From Antedon mediterranea (taxonomy: Eukaryota > Animalia > Echinodermata): DNA of 64,000 nucleotides. Of this stretch, positions 25,138-37,890 are shown piece after piece. The notes below the pieces were generated by a model. That model had not been told where the DNA came from. It ran no database searches and saw nothing but the letters and a program-made list of their open reading frames with translations. The stretch covers positions 17,130,871 through 17,194,870 of the forward strand of contig NC_092676.1 of the NCBI RefSeq assembly GCF_964355755.1, written 5' to 3'. How positions within the stretch are numbered: the stretch's first letter is position 1; every line of letters begins with the position of its first letter. Both the position numbers and the translations under genes were made by a program.

Positions 25138-26381
25138 CTAGATGGCACGCTCGCTTCGCTCGCGTACCATCTAGGTCGTGCCCACAGATGGTTCTCGAAT
25201 ACACAGTATTTTCCAGCGAGAAAAAAATGGAGATTTCAAATGTACGTACTGCAGGACTATAATACATTGTCGTTTACAGAAACGAATAAATATACACGAT
25301 GATTTATGTAGTCAGCTAAAATTAGCACCCTGGGAATTACTTCCGAGAGAGAAACAAAATGAGTCAAATTTTTTTATTATTTTTTATTTAAACAAACCCA
25401 ATTTGTGTTTTGTATGTAACATTAAGGGTTGAGGGATGGGGGAAGAAGATAGGTACAAAGAGGAAACATTTTAAAATATATTCTTATCCACTCAGTAACG
25501 AAATATTGTTTTTAATGTTTTATAGGCCTACAGTATAAATAATATACCACTAAATACAGTAAAACATTTACGATTTAATACTTTGTTAAAACTCTCACTG
25601 TCATAGTCGATTGAAATAGTAAAGTACATGTAACGATACACCACTACGTACGTTTATATATATTTTAATTATTAATTAATACAAACGTTGAGAAGCAACT
25701 GTCAGTAATAACGTTTATTTATTTGTATATTATATGTTTATAATCTAACAGTAGGGCCTACCCACACTCACAGTAATAAAGTTTATTTGTATATTTGTTT
25801 ATATTATATCTAACAGTACCAACACTCACAGTAAGACATTTGCGATTCAAATTGACAGCATTGCAATACTATTTATGTTTATTCTCCAAGGGGGCCCATA
25901 AATCTAAATCTATACCTCTATGGTTAAACCAATTAATTTGGAATGTTCCATTCATCACAAATCAATACATTTGTAAAAACGTATATTACATGTATCAAAA
26001 TAGCATTTTTTAAAGAAAATCGGCCTGTCTTCAACATTATGATGCTGTACTCGAACTGTTCAACCGGTTTTCAGCTATTAAAAACAATTATCGTAGGAGG
26101 AGATAGGAAAATGCGAAGTGTCCTCGTATTTTTGTGTGCGGGTATTTTTCAAATTGACATCCATTAGACAGTGTATACCACGATCGGAAAACACCCCTAT
26201 TTGGGGCAAATCGTTGAACCTAAATTTGTTTTAATCGTCAATAACTAATTATCACTACATTACATCAGGTGGTTAAAATTAGTACCGAAAGTACGAACCA
26301 ACTTTATATACCATCGAGTAAACATTCTAGAAATAACGCACGATTTACCGATTTTTGCCCTTACGTAAATTTATATATAGA
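25138..26381 (-). mobile_element. non-autonomous Helitron, copy 1
   Basis: Minus strand reads A|TCTATATATAAA...subterminal hairpin...CTAG|T, with no TSD; both ends are highly similar to 40935-42385. Confidence 0.85.
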
Positions 26382-26789
26382 TGTGATATTTGTTCATTTG
26401 TCCGTTTCAATTTTGCCTTTATTTACAGTACTATTTTCATACACTTTTCAATCTACTTAAACAACTATTCTCAGCATTTGATGTCATGATGTGATTTATT
26501 TTTCAAATAATAACGATTGACATAACTAATAAGTCACGTTCCCAGAGCTGGATGTCGCATCAACAAGTTATTAATCATCATTTTCAAATGTATAAGTAAG
26601 TTTGAGAAAATATATGAAAAAGTAAAGCTGTATGTTGCTTTTTGATGGAAATGAAACCACATGCCTGGTATGGATGTTGATATTCACAGAACTGAATGTA
26701 GTCTTTTTATATACGTCTGTGAATGTTGAGTGCAAAAATAATACTAATCACATGTGCTAATGCATGTTTTAATCAATTTCTTTTTTTAG

Positions 26790-26849
26790 ATGAAGTCCCA
26801 CGAAGATCGACAAAAACCAGTAGAAGAATTACTCTACAGTGTAGATGAA
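26790..26849 (+). CDS. SASH1: SASH1-like exon: MKSHEDRQKPVEELLYSVDE
   Basis: ttttttag| ... gaa|gtaagc, 60 nt, phase 0-0. Confidence 0.8.
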
Positions 26850-27163
26850 GTAAGCATTCAAACATATAAACATTTATATTAGATAATTTGTATTTAAATT
26901 ATGCCATCTTAATATTTGGGAGTGCCCAAAATAATGCCCTCTATATCTGACCAATGTTTAATTTGTCCCAATTGGTACCTCAGTTCAGTCAGCTTTTTGG
27001 TCCATAAATTGTGTTTCTCAACATACAATTATTTAAAGAATATAAGAGAATTTTGAAACTGTGTAATAGTTGGAGATGATTAAGATAAATAATTTGGATA
27101 ACAATGGGATACATCATTCCTCATTAATCTGTAGGCCTATTTTCCTTTATTCTACTTTTTCAG

Positions 27164-27245
27164 ATGGATTGCCAGAGTTCATATAAACCAGGGAAGCAGA
27201 AGAAAAAGAAAGCCGATGAGCCTGGATTTATTATGTTAAATCAAG
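27164..27245 (+). CDS. SASH1: SASH1-like exon: MDCQSSYKPGKQKKKKADEPGFIMLNQ (basic, NLS-like stretch)
   Basis: tttttcag| ... aag|gtttgt, 82 nt, phase 0-1. Confidence 0.78.
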
Positions 27246-27742
27246 GTTTGTAGTGTTCATGTACAGTATTACTAATTTAACAATCTTGAATATGTGTTGT
27301 CCCCCAAAAATAGGCCAGTATGTAATTAATTGATAAAGTTAATCACTTCCATAAAAACATGTTTTCAATTATAAAAGGACATGATAAAAGGTTATACATT
27401 TTTTCAGGCAATAATTTTTTTTTAAATCCAAATTTTGGGTCAAAGTGAAATAAATATGTGACAAAATGGCATATTCATAGTTCCATGTACTGTAAGGTAG
27501 GATTAATTGAAAATGATCTATTTGCAATTGAAAAGTGTGTTTCAATTATTCACAGATCATTTCCATATCATATAGTACCAAAACATTACTATGATGATCC
27601 AGAAAATTGATAATGAGTTTATGTAGAGGGCGCTATTACTATTTTTTATTTTGTGTGATCTGATACCATAGTTATACATACTGTAGTAAAGTAGAATTCT
27701 AGAATTTAGAGCATTAAACACGTTTATTTCAATTATTCACAG

Positions 27743-28128
27743 ATCATTTCCGTGGAACACCGAAACATGAGTATGATGAGCCAGCAAATAATGATTATAT
27801 GACAAGGATCTATACTCAAGTTCAACCAAATGGTACCAGTGGGAATGGATATTACACTGTGAGAGCAAGAAACTCGCCCAGTAACACGGATGAAAGCCTT
27901 TCATCCACTTTTGAAAACCTTGACTTAAACTCAGAACTTATAATGACAAACAATTACAGCACGTGGACAAGTGCAATGAGATCAGAACGTTCACGAATGC
28001 GTTCCGAGTCGCCCTCTGCAAAGGAGTCGTTGAATCATAGAAGAGCGATGTCTACAGGAGGCGGGATGTCAGATAATTCTCCAGTGTATCAGAAGGAAGG
28101 AAAACACTCTCGTTCTGTTCGAACACAG
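27743..28128 (+). CDS. SASH1: SASH1-like exon: (D)HFRGTPKHEY...KHSRSVRTQ (Ser-rich)
   Basis: ttcacag| ... cag|gtaaaa, 386 nt, phase 1-0; same frame as ORF 27799..28194. Confidence 0.85.
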
Positions 28129-28269
28129 GTAAAAACAAATGTAATGATTTTTTTATCAATCCTGTTTCATGACGTAACAACTCCACTCCTATAGACTTGT
28201 TTAACAATTTTTTTTATGCATATGGAAACATACTCACATAATGTAGATAGTAATTAGCGCAAAGTTGTG

Positions 28270-28380
28270 TCTTGATGTCCTTACCAGGTACCCATTTTTA
28301 TACTTGGGTATAGAGGCAAACGTAAGTGTCTTGCCTAAGGACACAAGAAATGCGACGAGCATTATTCAAATCAACAATCT
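28270..28380 (-). mobile_element. CORE-like SINE fragment
   Basis: aggtacccatttttatacttgggtatagaggc...aagtgtcttgcctaaggacac resembles the reverse strand of the CORE-SINE central domain (recalled consensus). Confidence 0.55.
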
Positions 28381-28593
28381 AATTATCCATTCTCTCATTT
28401 ATCAATCATAACATTGTAAGTCTTCATTTCATGTCATATCATCAACATTGTATCATTTATTTAATTTGTAGAAGAGTCTAGAAGAAGGGTCATCTAATAC
28501 CCGAAGGTCATCTGGAATTGAGGTTTGTAGGAATAATGGAATATTTTCTCTGGGTTTTTTTAAGTTCACACAAGGATCTTTTATATTCTCTAA

Positions 28594-28727
28594 GGCTCTT
28601 TCTACACTATCAAACTTTATGTGACAAAAACATGTGATCTGCCCATATATAGGCATGATGTTATATCACTATATATTTAGGCACATTACACTTTTTGGCA
28701 AACTATTTTGATAGTGTAGACAGAGTT
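28594..28727. mobile_element. Tourist/Harbinger-like MITE family A (~135 bp)
   Basis: TIR (a/g)gctctgtctacactatcaaact, TAA TSD; same family at 51701 and 56067. Confidence 0.8.
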
Positions 28728-28979
28728 TAAGGGTCTCTAATGGCAAATAGCTACCACCAAACAGTGCTCACAACAACAACAAGGGCTGTAGTAATCTCCT
28801 ACTGTACTCTTCTGAATGATACACTTGGTGTTTTAATTGCACACACATGACAATAGCAGAGGTTTGAGTGTACCGTAACCACTCAGCCACTTGACTCAAC
28901 ATTGCACTACTTAGGCTCAACCAAAGGATTTATCACTTTTTATTGATTGCTTGATATATCTATTGTTTTGATTTCTTAG

Positions 28980-29045
28980 AAATCTGGAGGCGTTTTAAAA
29001 AAATTGAAAAGGAAGATTTCAAGCAGTGGTGTGAAACATACTGAG
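28980..29045 (+). CDS. SASH1: SASH1-like exon: KSGGVLKKLKRKISSSGVKHTE
   Basis: ttcttag| ... gag|gtgaga, 66 nt, phase 0-0. Confidence 0.8.
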
Positions 29046-29493
29046 GTGAGAAAATTAACTTTATATTTATATATTTTTGCAAATACTCTTTTGAAAAATA
29101 ACACAATAATTATTTAAAAGCTTCAGATGTTTTTAAATGTTTTGATTTTATTGGTTTCTGTCAAGATGTTATTTTTAAGAATGTTTCTTTAAAAAAAAAC
29201 AGCAACAATGCACCCTCTTGGGCTGGCGTTGTTTGTTCGTTGTCGATTCCATTTTGTATTGAGTTATTATTAAGAGTCCTTAAAATACATTATTCGCATT
29301 AAAGGTCTATGTGTGATCTGTAGAGTTGTGGCATATAAACAAACCAATTTAAAGTGGGTTTCATGGAAAGGATTTATTGCACATTAGAAAATGGAGATAA
29401 ACTTTTATTATAAAATGAGTTATATAATATTAGATTATATATTATTATTATAATAATAAATTGTTTAACTTTTTTATTCTTGTTTTTTTTTAG

Positions 29494-29590
29494 CACAATA
29501 ATAAAAATGGTCTAAATGACAAGCAAGGATCGCATGAAAGTTTGTTGAGCTCTACTAGTGGCAGTAGTAATAGCAGTGTGACAATGTCAG
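29494..29590 (+). CDS. SASH1: SASH1-like exon: HNNKNGLNDKQGSHESLLSSTSGSSNSSVTMS (SLY-like region)
   Basis: ttttttag| ... cag|gtatga, 97 nt, phase 0-1. Resembles recalled SASH1 GGSVESLRSSLSGQSS. Confidence 0.85.
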
Positions 29591-29799
29591 GTATGAGTAC
29601 CCAAGTTAAAAGCAACATTCAAAATCAAATTTAATTATTATCAATAACCAAAAAAGCAACATTGTATTATTGATTTAAAAACTGATTGCTAACAGCAAAG
29701 ACATCAACAGAAAGAACATAACAATGGCCAAGTAAACATCAACAAAGTTATTCCTTTTCCAAATCACTCAAGCTAAATACATATACAAACTGCAATCTT

Positions 29800-30260
29800 C
29801 ATCCTTCATCACCTTACTGTGTGATATCGTATCAAACACTCATATTTCACCAATATAAAAGTTCTATCTGCAAATCCTCCAATTGCTATTTTCAAAATAT
29901 TATTATTGTAGAATTAGACAGAGGTCCTCTTGACAACAATTCAGCTAAGGCTCGTGTTCATGATTTTTTCAACAAATCTTGATTACTGTAATTCTCTTCT
30001 TTATCAACTGAGGTCTTCTCCGGCTCCAAAAAGTACAAATTTGACTGCCTGTGTGGGTACACTTTTTGCACCACGCTTATCACTCTGGTTATCACTCCGG
30101 TTATCAGTGACCTTTATTGGTTATTATTTATTTATCTTCTTGTTTCAACATTTATAACCCTTTTTTTTCCGTCATCCAACTTTCCTCAATTAGTTCCATA
30201 TTGTTGCCTTCGCTCATCTGACAAATCATTACTATCTGTGCCTTCTTTCTGCACTAAGAG
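29800..30260 (+). mobile_element. decayed LINE (L2/CR1-group) 3' ORF2 fragment
   Basis: Encodes LDYCNSLLY (ORF 29930..30157), with ICKSS and SAKARVH upstream in other frames; typical post-RT region of L2/CR1 elements. Confidence 0.7.
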
Positions 30261-30339
30261 GGTAAATTCAACTTTTTTTTTTAGGAATTGGTACAATTAG
30301 ATATAAATTATTACCAAGTAAATAAAAATTAACAACATC

Positions 30340-31525
30340 CTGGGCTCGCACTGGCCGATTGCCAAGTCGCCATGGGCGAAAACGTTTCCAGATTGGCGAA
30401 AAATAAAACGGCTACTTTATCCATTTTGGCGATGACATATGATAAAACAGATAATCAAATAATCATTTTGGCAAAAGCATGAAGTCCAACTAAAAGGTCC
30501 ATTTGTCGATCTCTAAGCATTTATTTTGTTTGTTATAATGTTGTTACTTCAAGCTCCATTTTCGTCAACTTGTTTCGTTGTACCAGGCGTCTCTTTGTTA
30601 TTTCAATATGATGGAGGTATACTGCACAGAGAGACAGACATTACACGGCACATGGATGATGAAGTCTACCCAAACTATCACGTGTTGCGCTACAAAAACG
30701 ATCGACGACAGCCGGCGGTCGGCTATTTACCGGGATTGTCTATTTTTCGATAGGGGTGTACTTTTCAGATTCAAAAGAAACATAGTATCTTCAATGAATG
30801 ATCTTATCGAAATCAATATTTATGCGTTATGCATTTTAGGCTCCAATAATGTAGTTTCATATTTTACCCTTAATAAAGTTTCCTCGTGCGTGCAGTACGT
30901 CAGTAAAGTAAACAAACAACATTCGGGAAATGGTAGAGTCTAACAGGGATTTAGCTAAACACACACGTGCATTTATTGCGGACTATATAAACAGCAAGGC
31001 CGGCCGCCGGCTTCTGTGTTGTTGGGTAATAAGTAATTGGGCCGTGATGGTATAAATTTCTCCCCCGACAGAAACGCCTTTTCCCTGTGCTTTGGCCTAT
31101 ATTTAATCTGCACGTTCAACAACAATACGATACGTTTGCTAGAAATATCTTTAGCATATACGACGTTCAGGGGATTTCAGAAAATTGTAAAATGTTTCTT
31201 ATTAAATTGATAACTGTATGAATGCTGTATGATTAAAAACAATTTAAACAATTGTTTTGATCATATAAAATACAACACCAATTATTTTTTTAATCATATA
31301 TACAGTGATTTAGGCATGGCTCTCTCTCCCCAAATGCCTTACAAAAACATTCAGGGAACAGTGTATAGACCTATTGACATAGATAAATTAACTAAAATGT
31401 TTTTACCATATTTAAACAATTTTTTATTTTGGCTAATGACCGACTGGCTATAGATAAACTGATTTGACTAAAAAAAATATTTTGACTTTCGCCAAATGGC
31501 TAAACAAAATGAAGTGCTACCCCAG
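30340..31525. mobile_element. probable hAT-like non-autonomous element
   Basis: Imperfect TIRs ctgggctcgcact / agtgctaccccag, subterminal tggcga/tcgcca repeats, GC-richer interior; TSD not convincing. Confidence 0.5.
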
Positions 31526-31553
31526 CCATCCAAATATACATCTACAGGAATAA

Positions 31554-31859
<306 letters not shown>

Positions 31860-32443
31860 TGAGAGGAACTATTGGCACTTTTTTTTTTACTTTCAACCAA
31901 CTGAATGGATATGTGCCAAGTGCTTATAACGTAAATCAAACTGATCGTTGCTGGTCATGGTCACTCACATGTGATTTGAAGTTGACAGTTTTTTGTCTAG
32001 TTCCTTTCATTTTGGAAAAGAAGAACAGGTCAGTTGCGTTTAGTTGCTTGGAGCACTTATAGTTGAGCTAAGTTGCGTTGAGTTTTGTGTCGACTTAATC
32101 CTACCTTAAGCTTTTTCACTTATTTCTCTGAACTTGGTGGAAAATTCATCTTTTTACTTCTTCTTGCAAACCTTTGATAAGCAATGTTCAAGCCAGAAGT
32201 TACTGCAATCAATTAGAGTTATTTCATTTGTTTACTTTTGTCCAAATAATTTTAAAGAAAGGAACAAGTTTAATACTGAACAGACGTTTAGGAATATCCT
32301 TTAGTATTTTTTAAGTTTAGAATGGTAATGCTATTTTGATATTTTATTGCACATTAAAAATGCTCATTAATGAATACTATGCTCCTAGTTCTAACAAATA
32401 ATAAGTCCTTATTAGAAGAACTAGATAAATTGGTGTACAGTAT

Positions 32444-33017
32444 TACCCCTTTCACACCAAAAGCAAAACTCCGGAGACACTCCGGAGACACCCCGGAGTT
32501 GACGCCCCGCTGTTTGGTGTGAAAGGTAAAATCAAGCAACTCCGGAGTTTAAAACTGCGGGGTTGAACAGCTGAACATTCTCCGGAGAGCGAACTGCGGG
32601 GACACCCCGGTGTTTTGGTGTGAAAGGTACCAACATCAAACTCCGGAGTGTTTTGGGTCAAAAGGTTATCCTCGCAATCAATTATTTATTTAGTTTTATT
32701 TTAAAACACTATAATATTTGTAAAAAATATATAGCGGGTCTAGAAAATAATAAGTAGTATAAATAAAACATTATATTACTTCTGAGACTTTTGAAAGTAA
32801 TTATTAAATTTAAAATATTATTAATTAAAATGATTCTAATGATCGTCGCTATGTAAACAAAAAAAAATAGAGGGCGACATTTACAATTTATTTTATAAAC
32901 CCCGGTGTTGCTAGGTTGGTGTGAAAGGGGTATCTCCGGAGTTTCTCGACGTTTTGAATGGTCATAAACCCCGGGGTGTCTCCGGAGACACTCCGGAGTT
33001 TTGGTGTGAAAGGGGTA
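32444..33017. mobile_element. MITE with TIR tacccctttcacaccaaaa and internal actccggagt palindromic subrepeats
   Basis: Perfect ~19-bp TIR extending into longer inverted arms; TAT on both flanks (or a TA TSD if the termini are CCCC/GGGG). Confidence 0.85.
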
Positions 33018-36000
33018 TATGTTTGTACTAACTTTGATAAGATCAACAGAATAGTAATGTCGCCCTCTACTAGTATTTCAACTATTTTTCCTCTTCATTG
33101 TGACACTGATGCATAGTCACACTATTTTTATCATAAAGTACAGTACAGTTAAAGTTGAATTGTGTTCTTGTTTCATTGTCTTTACTTTATTGCACCTGTT
33201 CATAATCTTCATTGTAAACCCTTTTTTCATGTCAAATTTGATTGTTTGTAAAATTGATGTTTTCTGTAGACTATAATATTCAATCAATATGCTGATTGTG
33301 GAACTTACGACAATGAATATTTTGGACTGAGATAGTAGATTAGAAAATCCTTAACATTTTATGAAGGATTTGTGTCATCAGGTCTCTTTGTTCTGTTAGG
33401 TGCAGGACAGTTATATTGTTCTGGTGTTTTCGGATTTATCTCTAAAATAAAATGTCAAAAATCATTATTGTAGTGGATCACTGGACAAGGGGTAATTGCC
33501 CGAATCCTTCCCTGGTTGTAGGCCCGATCAGGTTATGGCCTCCTGAAATGTTTCAATTGACCTACAGTACTAGAGAAATGTGTCTTTCTGGACCTCTTTG
33601 AAACTTAACATAACCTATACAGAAGCCTCAGTAAATGAAAATTTAGTTAATGTTTGATAATAGACAAATAAATGGGTAGAAGTAAACACATTTCTTAATT
33701 TTTGTAAATTCATTACAAACCCTGTCCTTAAAAACAGAAAAATAACTTAAATTTTAGCTTTAAAGTTTCCGTATAGTTGATTACTAAGAAATTTGCTTCA
33801 ATAGTTAGAGGAATATGAGGTTTTACAGTAACATATTGCATTTTACGATATTTTTAAACAATGTTATAATGCTGTTAATGACACGTCAGGTTATCTGTAC
33901 TTTATATAATTCATTAGAATCCTCTTTACTTTGATATCCATCATAACCACACTGTATAAATAATTTAAGTCTAATGAATGGAAATTGTGATTATAGTAAA
34001 TTAATAAAATAATGATTATTTAATCTAGATGATAATTATTACTGAGGTGTCTTGATCACAATTGTATTGAATTACCCTTTATATTAGATACCTTTTATTG
34101 ATATCAAAGTAAGGGAAATCCTGATACATTTCAAAAATGATATACATAATTTAGAAACTTGAAACAGAAGAAAGATGGATTTTTACAGCTAAGAAAGAAC
34201 AGAACCAGCAACAGTCATTGAAAATAAAACTTACAAAGTGTTCCTTAATATGCATTATGCACATTTTGGCCTTGAAATTTTATACATTTTTACACAATTC
34301 TCTGCAATAGAACTATAGAATTGCTACCATGCAATAGAACTGGACAGCATGTGAGATTGAAAACAACCAATCAAATGTAAGGATACTCGGGGTTATAAAC
34401 ATTGTATGCTATGAAATAGAACAATTGAAAAACAAATTAAAAGGGAAAAATGACATTAACACAATAACAAACCATCCTGCCATATATAGAAAAATGAAAA
34501 CAAATCTTTGAAAGCATAATGTCTGAAACATTTAAGAAAAGGAGAGAAAAATTAAAAATCAATTTTTCTTTAAATTTCAATAACCACTTTATGTAATATT
34601 TACATTTATATATCACATTTTTATAATAAAATTATAATCCGCGCCGCTTTATGTCAATTAACAAATGAAAATGTCAACTGTCTCTTAAACTTACTGCCTA
34701 ATTGTCAACATAATATCATTTCCAAATTTGTAATGTCATTACAGTGTTAATGTTTCAGTATCTGAACTTGTTCACTCAGTAGGCCCATATGTGTCATGTG
34801 TGAGAAATTAATGATTCATGCGGCACTACATAACATCACGATGCAATTGAGAAAGTCAGGTGCTCAGGAGGTTAAATGCCCTAATGAATTAGATGATGGA
34901 ATGTACTAAACATTAATGTTATTACAAGATTTTCACAAACTAATATAACAGCACATCAGTGTGTTGTTGTTAGTAAAGATGTACAGAAGACTACAACTTT
35001 ACATCACATCTGAAGGAGGAGGTAATGACAAGTAAAGCACGTTGTTTTTATCCAAAACAGAAAAAAAAACAACATTTATTTCTCAATTTACTTAAATACA
35101 GACAATACATAAATATCAATCAGCACCTAAATAATGGCATCGTGGCTAACATAAGCATCATTCATTTTTGTTCTACTCTTTAAAACATGTTTTTTTGTCC
35201 TTTTCATTTTTGACCACAGAACTTTATCAGCAGCAAATAATAAAAGATTCTATTGAATATATTTGGCTTAATTCTACATATATTCTTCTTTCACTTTTTT
35301 GTTCTTTTTGTATTTTTCTTCCCTCTCTTTCTTTTTTTTATTCGCTTTTGTTTTCTAGCAACTTAAATAAGGGTAGCTGACATGTCTAAAACTTTTGCCT
35401 TTAAGCACGAGAACAATTGCACAGTTGCATTCACTTTTATTTAATTTTTTACTTGTACAAATATACATACAGTATTTTATTTCCCTGCCCATGTGGGTGT
35501 AAGTAACAAGTTCAACTTGTGTCATGAAATTGATATATACAGAATTTTATTCCAAAAGTATTAGTTAATAAGATTCATAGTGAAGATAGCCAAACAGCAC
35601 AGTCAATAAAACAATTAAAAATCATTACTAAAATGATTATAAAATTCCATTATGATTATGGCTATTGGCCAACAAAACGTAGGCAAATTATAAAATGCAA
35701 TTAAATTAATACACAGCATGATTGCATTCCTTGTTATCAATCACCCCATTTATTGCGTTTACCCTCCCCCAAAACACCACTTTAACTGCTTTCAGTCCAG
35801 TAAACTCAAAATGAGTCATCAGTAAATGTGTATATTATTCCCTGTAGCTACAGTGGAAATCCACTAACATAGCAATTTATATCTCTTTCAAGTCTAAATA
35901 TCACTCTTGTGTGAAGGGAGGTTATCTACTGTACAAAAGTACATTGGCACGTACACAATCAAATCAATTACCTTTTTTAGAATTCATGATTTTTTTTATT

Positions 36001-36292
36001 CTTTAATATTCCTAAAGTTATAATCCATTGATTAAGTTTATTCAAAAATATCATAATCGCAGCAGAAATCTGAATTTCAACAATATTTACAAATATAAAA
36101 ATATAACTATAAATAATATAAAATTAAGTTATAAGACTATTTGAAACGTTACACATTTCGTATAATTTAATAATTTCACTATGTGTGAAATAGGACTCTG
36201 ACTATGCCGTTTGGTATGAACAATGAACAGATATAGCCTAACAAGTTAGCATTTCTGAGGAACAAACAGACATTTTCAAATCTAACAACAAG

Positions 36293-36597
36293 CAGTGGCA
36301 TAACAACTATTAGTGCTGACTTGGCTCCAGAGCTTAAAGCGTGGTTCCCACTGGCGACGCAACGCAAGGACGTAACGCAACGCAAGTGAATTGACCAATC
36401 ACAAGCGATGGCTTATTCGCTTGTGATTGCTAACTGTCTATAACTTCGCTTTTCATTGGTTAAAACGCTTGCGTTGCGTTTACGTCCTTGCGTTACGTTC
36501 TAGTGGGAACCAAGCTTAAGGGGCCCAAAGCCTACCCAGTGTTGGAGGGCCCCTGAGTGCTAAACCAGAGGCCTCTTTCCTCTGCATTATACCACTG
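36293..36597. mobile_element. old hAT-like MITE (cagtgg...ccactg) interrupted by a younger MITE
   Basis: TIR cagtggcataa / ttataccactg; flanks acaacaag / gcaacatg match 6 of 8 (decayed 8-bp TSD). Confidence 0.55.
36338..36516. mobile_element. Tourist/Harbinger-like MITE family B
   Basis: TIR agcgtggttcccactgg / ctagtgggaaccaagct, TAA TSD, acgca/tgcgt subrepeats; relatives at ~18004 and ~59112. Confidence 0.85.
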
Positions 36598-36997
36598 GCA
36601 ACATGCTACAGAATTCATTTAATTTCAGTACTGACTTGGCAAAATTGTAACATGTTTGTTTTATGGTTTAACAGCATTAGGTCTAGGCCTACTTTAACTA
36701 AATTGGTTTCATTAGGTCTAATACATTTTGGATATTTTAAATTTGTATATTACAAAAATATATTACTCCATTTTTTTAATGAGATATTAATTACAATTAT
36801 CTGTGCTTGTGAATATCAAGATATATAGTAAATTCAATGATACAATCTCGTAACCATTGGTCAATGTTTATTCAAAGGACACCCTACTATTAGAGGAGTT
36901 GTTGCATACCGAAAGTGTCTCCAGTTATATATTATATAATAATTAAACAAAAAATTATGTAACAAATTGCATTATTCTATTTTTTTTCCCTTCACAG

Positions 36998-37207
36998 AGG
37001 GATGATATTATACAAATTATCAACAAACCTCCAAATGGCATTTGGCTTGGAATGCTAAATAATAAAGTTGGCACATTCAAGTTCATTTATGCTGAGATTA
37101 TTGAAGAGAAACCGGTACTAGAGAAACACAAGGAAAGACGGAGAAGAAATGAGCAATTTGCGCAACCAATAAGTGTAGAATCAGTTCTAAAAAAGATTAA
37201 TTGTGAG
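36998..37207 (+). CDS. SASH1: SASH1-like exon: second half of SH3 + start of SAM1 (RDDIIQIINKPPNGIWLGMLNNKVGTFKFIY...SVESVLKKINCE)
   Basis: ttcacag| ... gag|gtacat, 210 nt, phase 0-0. Confidence 0.95.
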
Positions 37208-37402
37208 GTACATGTTTATGTTTCCTTTTTCTTATTTCATATTTATTTTGATGTTTTGATTTTCCCGTGGAAGAAATAGTAAACAGCTTTAAATCCTGAT
37301 TCTCGACAGTACCTTGTTGGGATTTTCATGTTGCAGTAACATTTAACATGCAATTCCTAATAAAATTGTTAATTCATAATATATTTTTATTTTCCTTTTT
37401 AG

Positions 37403-37553
37403 CAATACTTAACAACATTCCAGCTGAATGGCTATGAAAGCATCGATTTATTCAAGAACCTTGACAAAGAGGATCTAAACCAGTTAAATATTTTAGACTC
37501 TCTTGACCAGGTCAAGATATTAACAGCTGTTAACTTATTGCAAGACTCAGATG
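37403..37553 (+). CDS. SASH1: SASH1-like exon: SAM1 core (QYLTTFQLNGYESIDLFKNLDKEDLNQLNILDSLDQVKILTAVNLLQDSD)
   Basis: ccttttttag| ... atg|gtaagt, 151 nt, phase 0-1; SAM pattern F..NGYE.L..F..L..EDL..LNI. Confidence 0.95.
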
Positions 37554-37890
37554 GTAAGTAAAATAAAGAGAATCTAAAACAGTTACACTCTCTTGACCAT
37601 GGTCAAGATATTAACAGCTGTTAACTTATTGCAAGACTCAGATGGTAAGTAAAATAAAGAGAATTTAAAACAGTTACACTCTCTTGACCAGGTCAAGATA
37701 TTAACAGCTGTTAACTTATTGCAAGACTCAGATGGTAAGTAAAGTAAAGAGAATTTAAAACAGTTACACTCTCTTGACTAGGTCAAGTTATCAATATCTA
37801 TTAATTTATTACAAGTTCCTGATGGCATGTAATATAAAAATAATATAAAGGGAGTTAACCAGTTAAATATTTTGAACTCTAACTAGGTCT
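37498..37890 (+). repeat. 90-91-bp tandem repeat made from the SAM1 exon 3' end plus its splice donor
   Basis: gactcagatg|gtaagtaaa recurs with GT at 37554, 37645 and 37735; degenerate fourth copy (gatg|gcatgt) at 37825; partial fifth copy. Confidence 0.95.

Noticed and set aside
30526-30943. ORFs inside the hAT-like element as a transposase
   Set aside because: No recognisable transposase or zinc-finger motif could be read with confidence.
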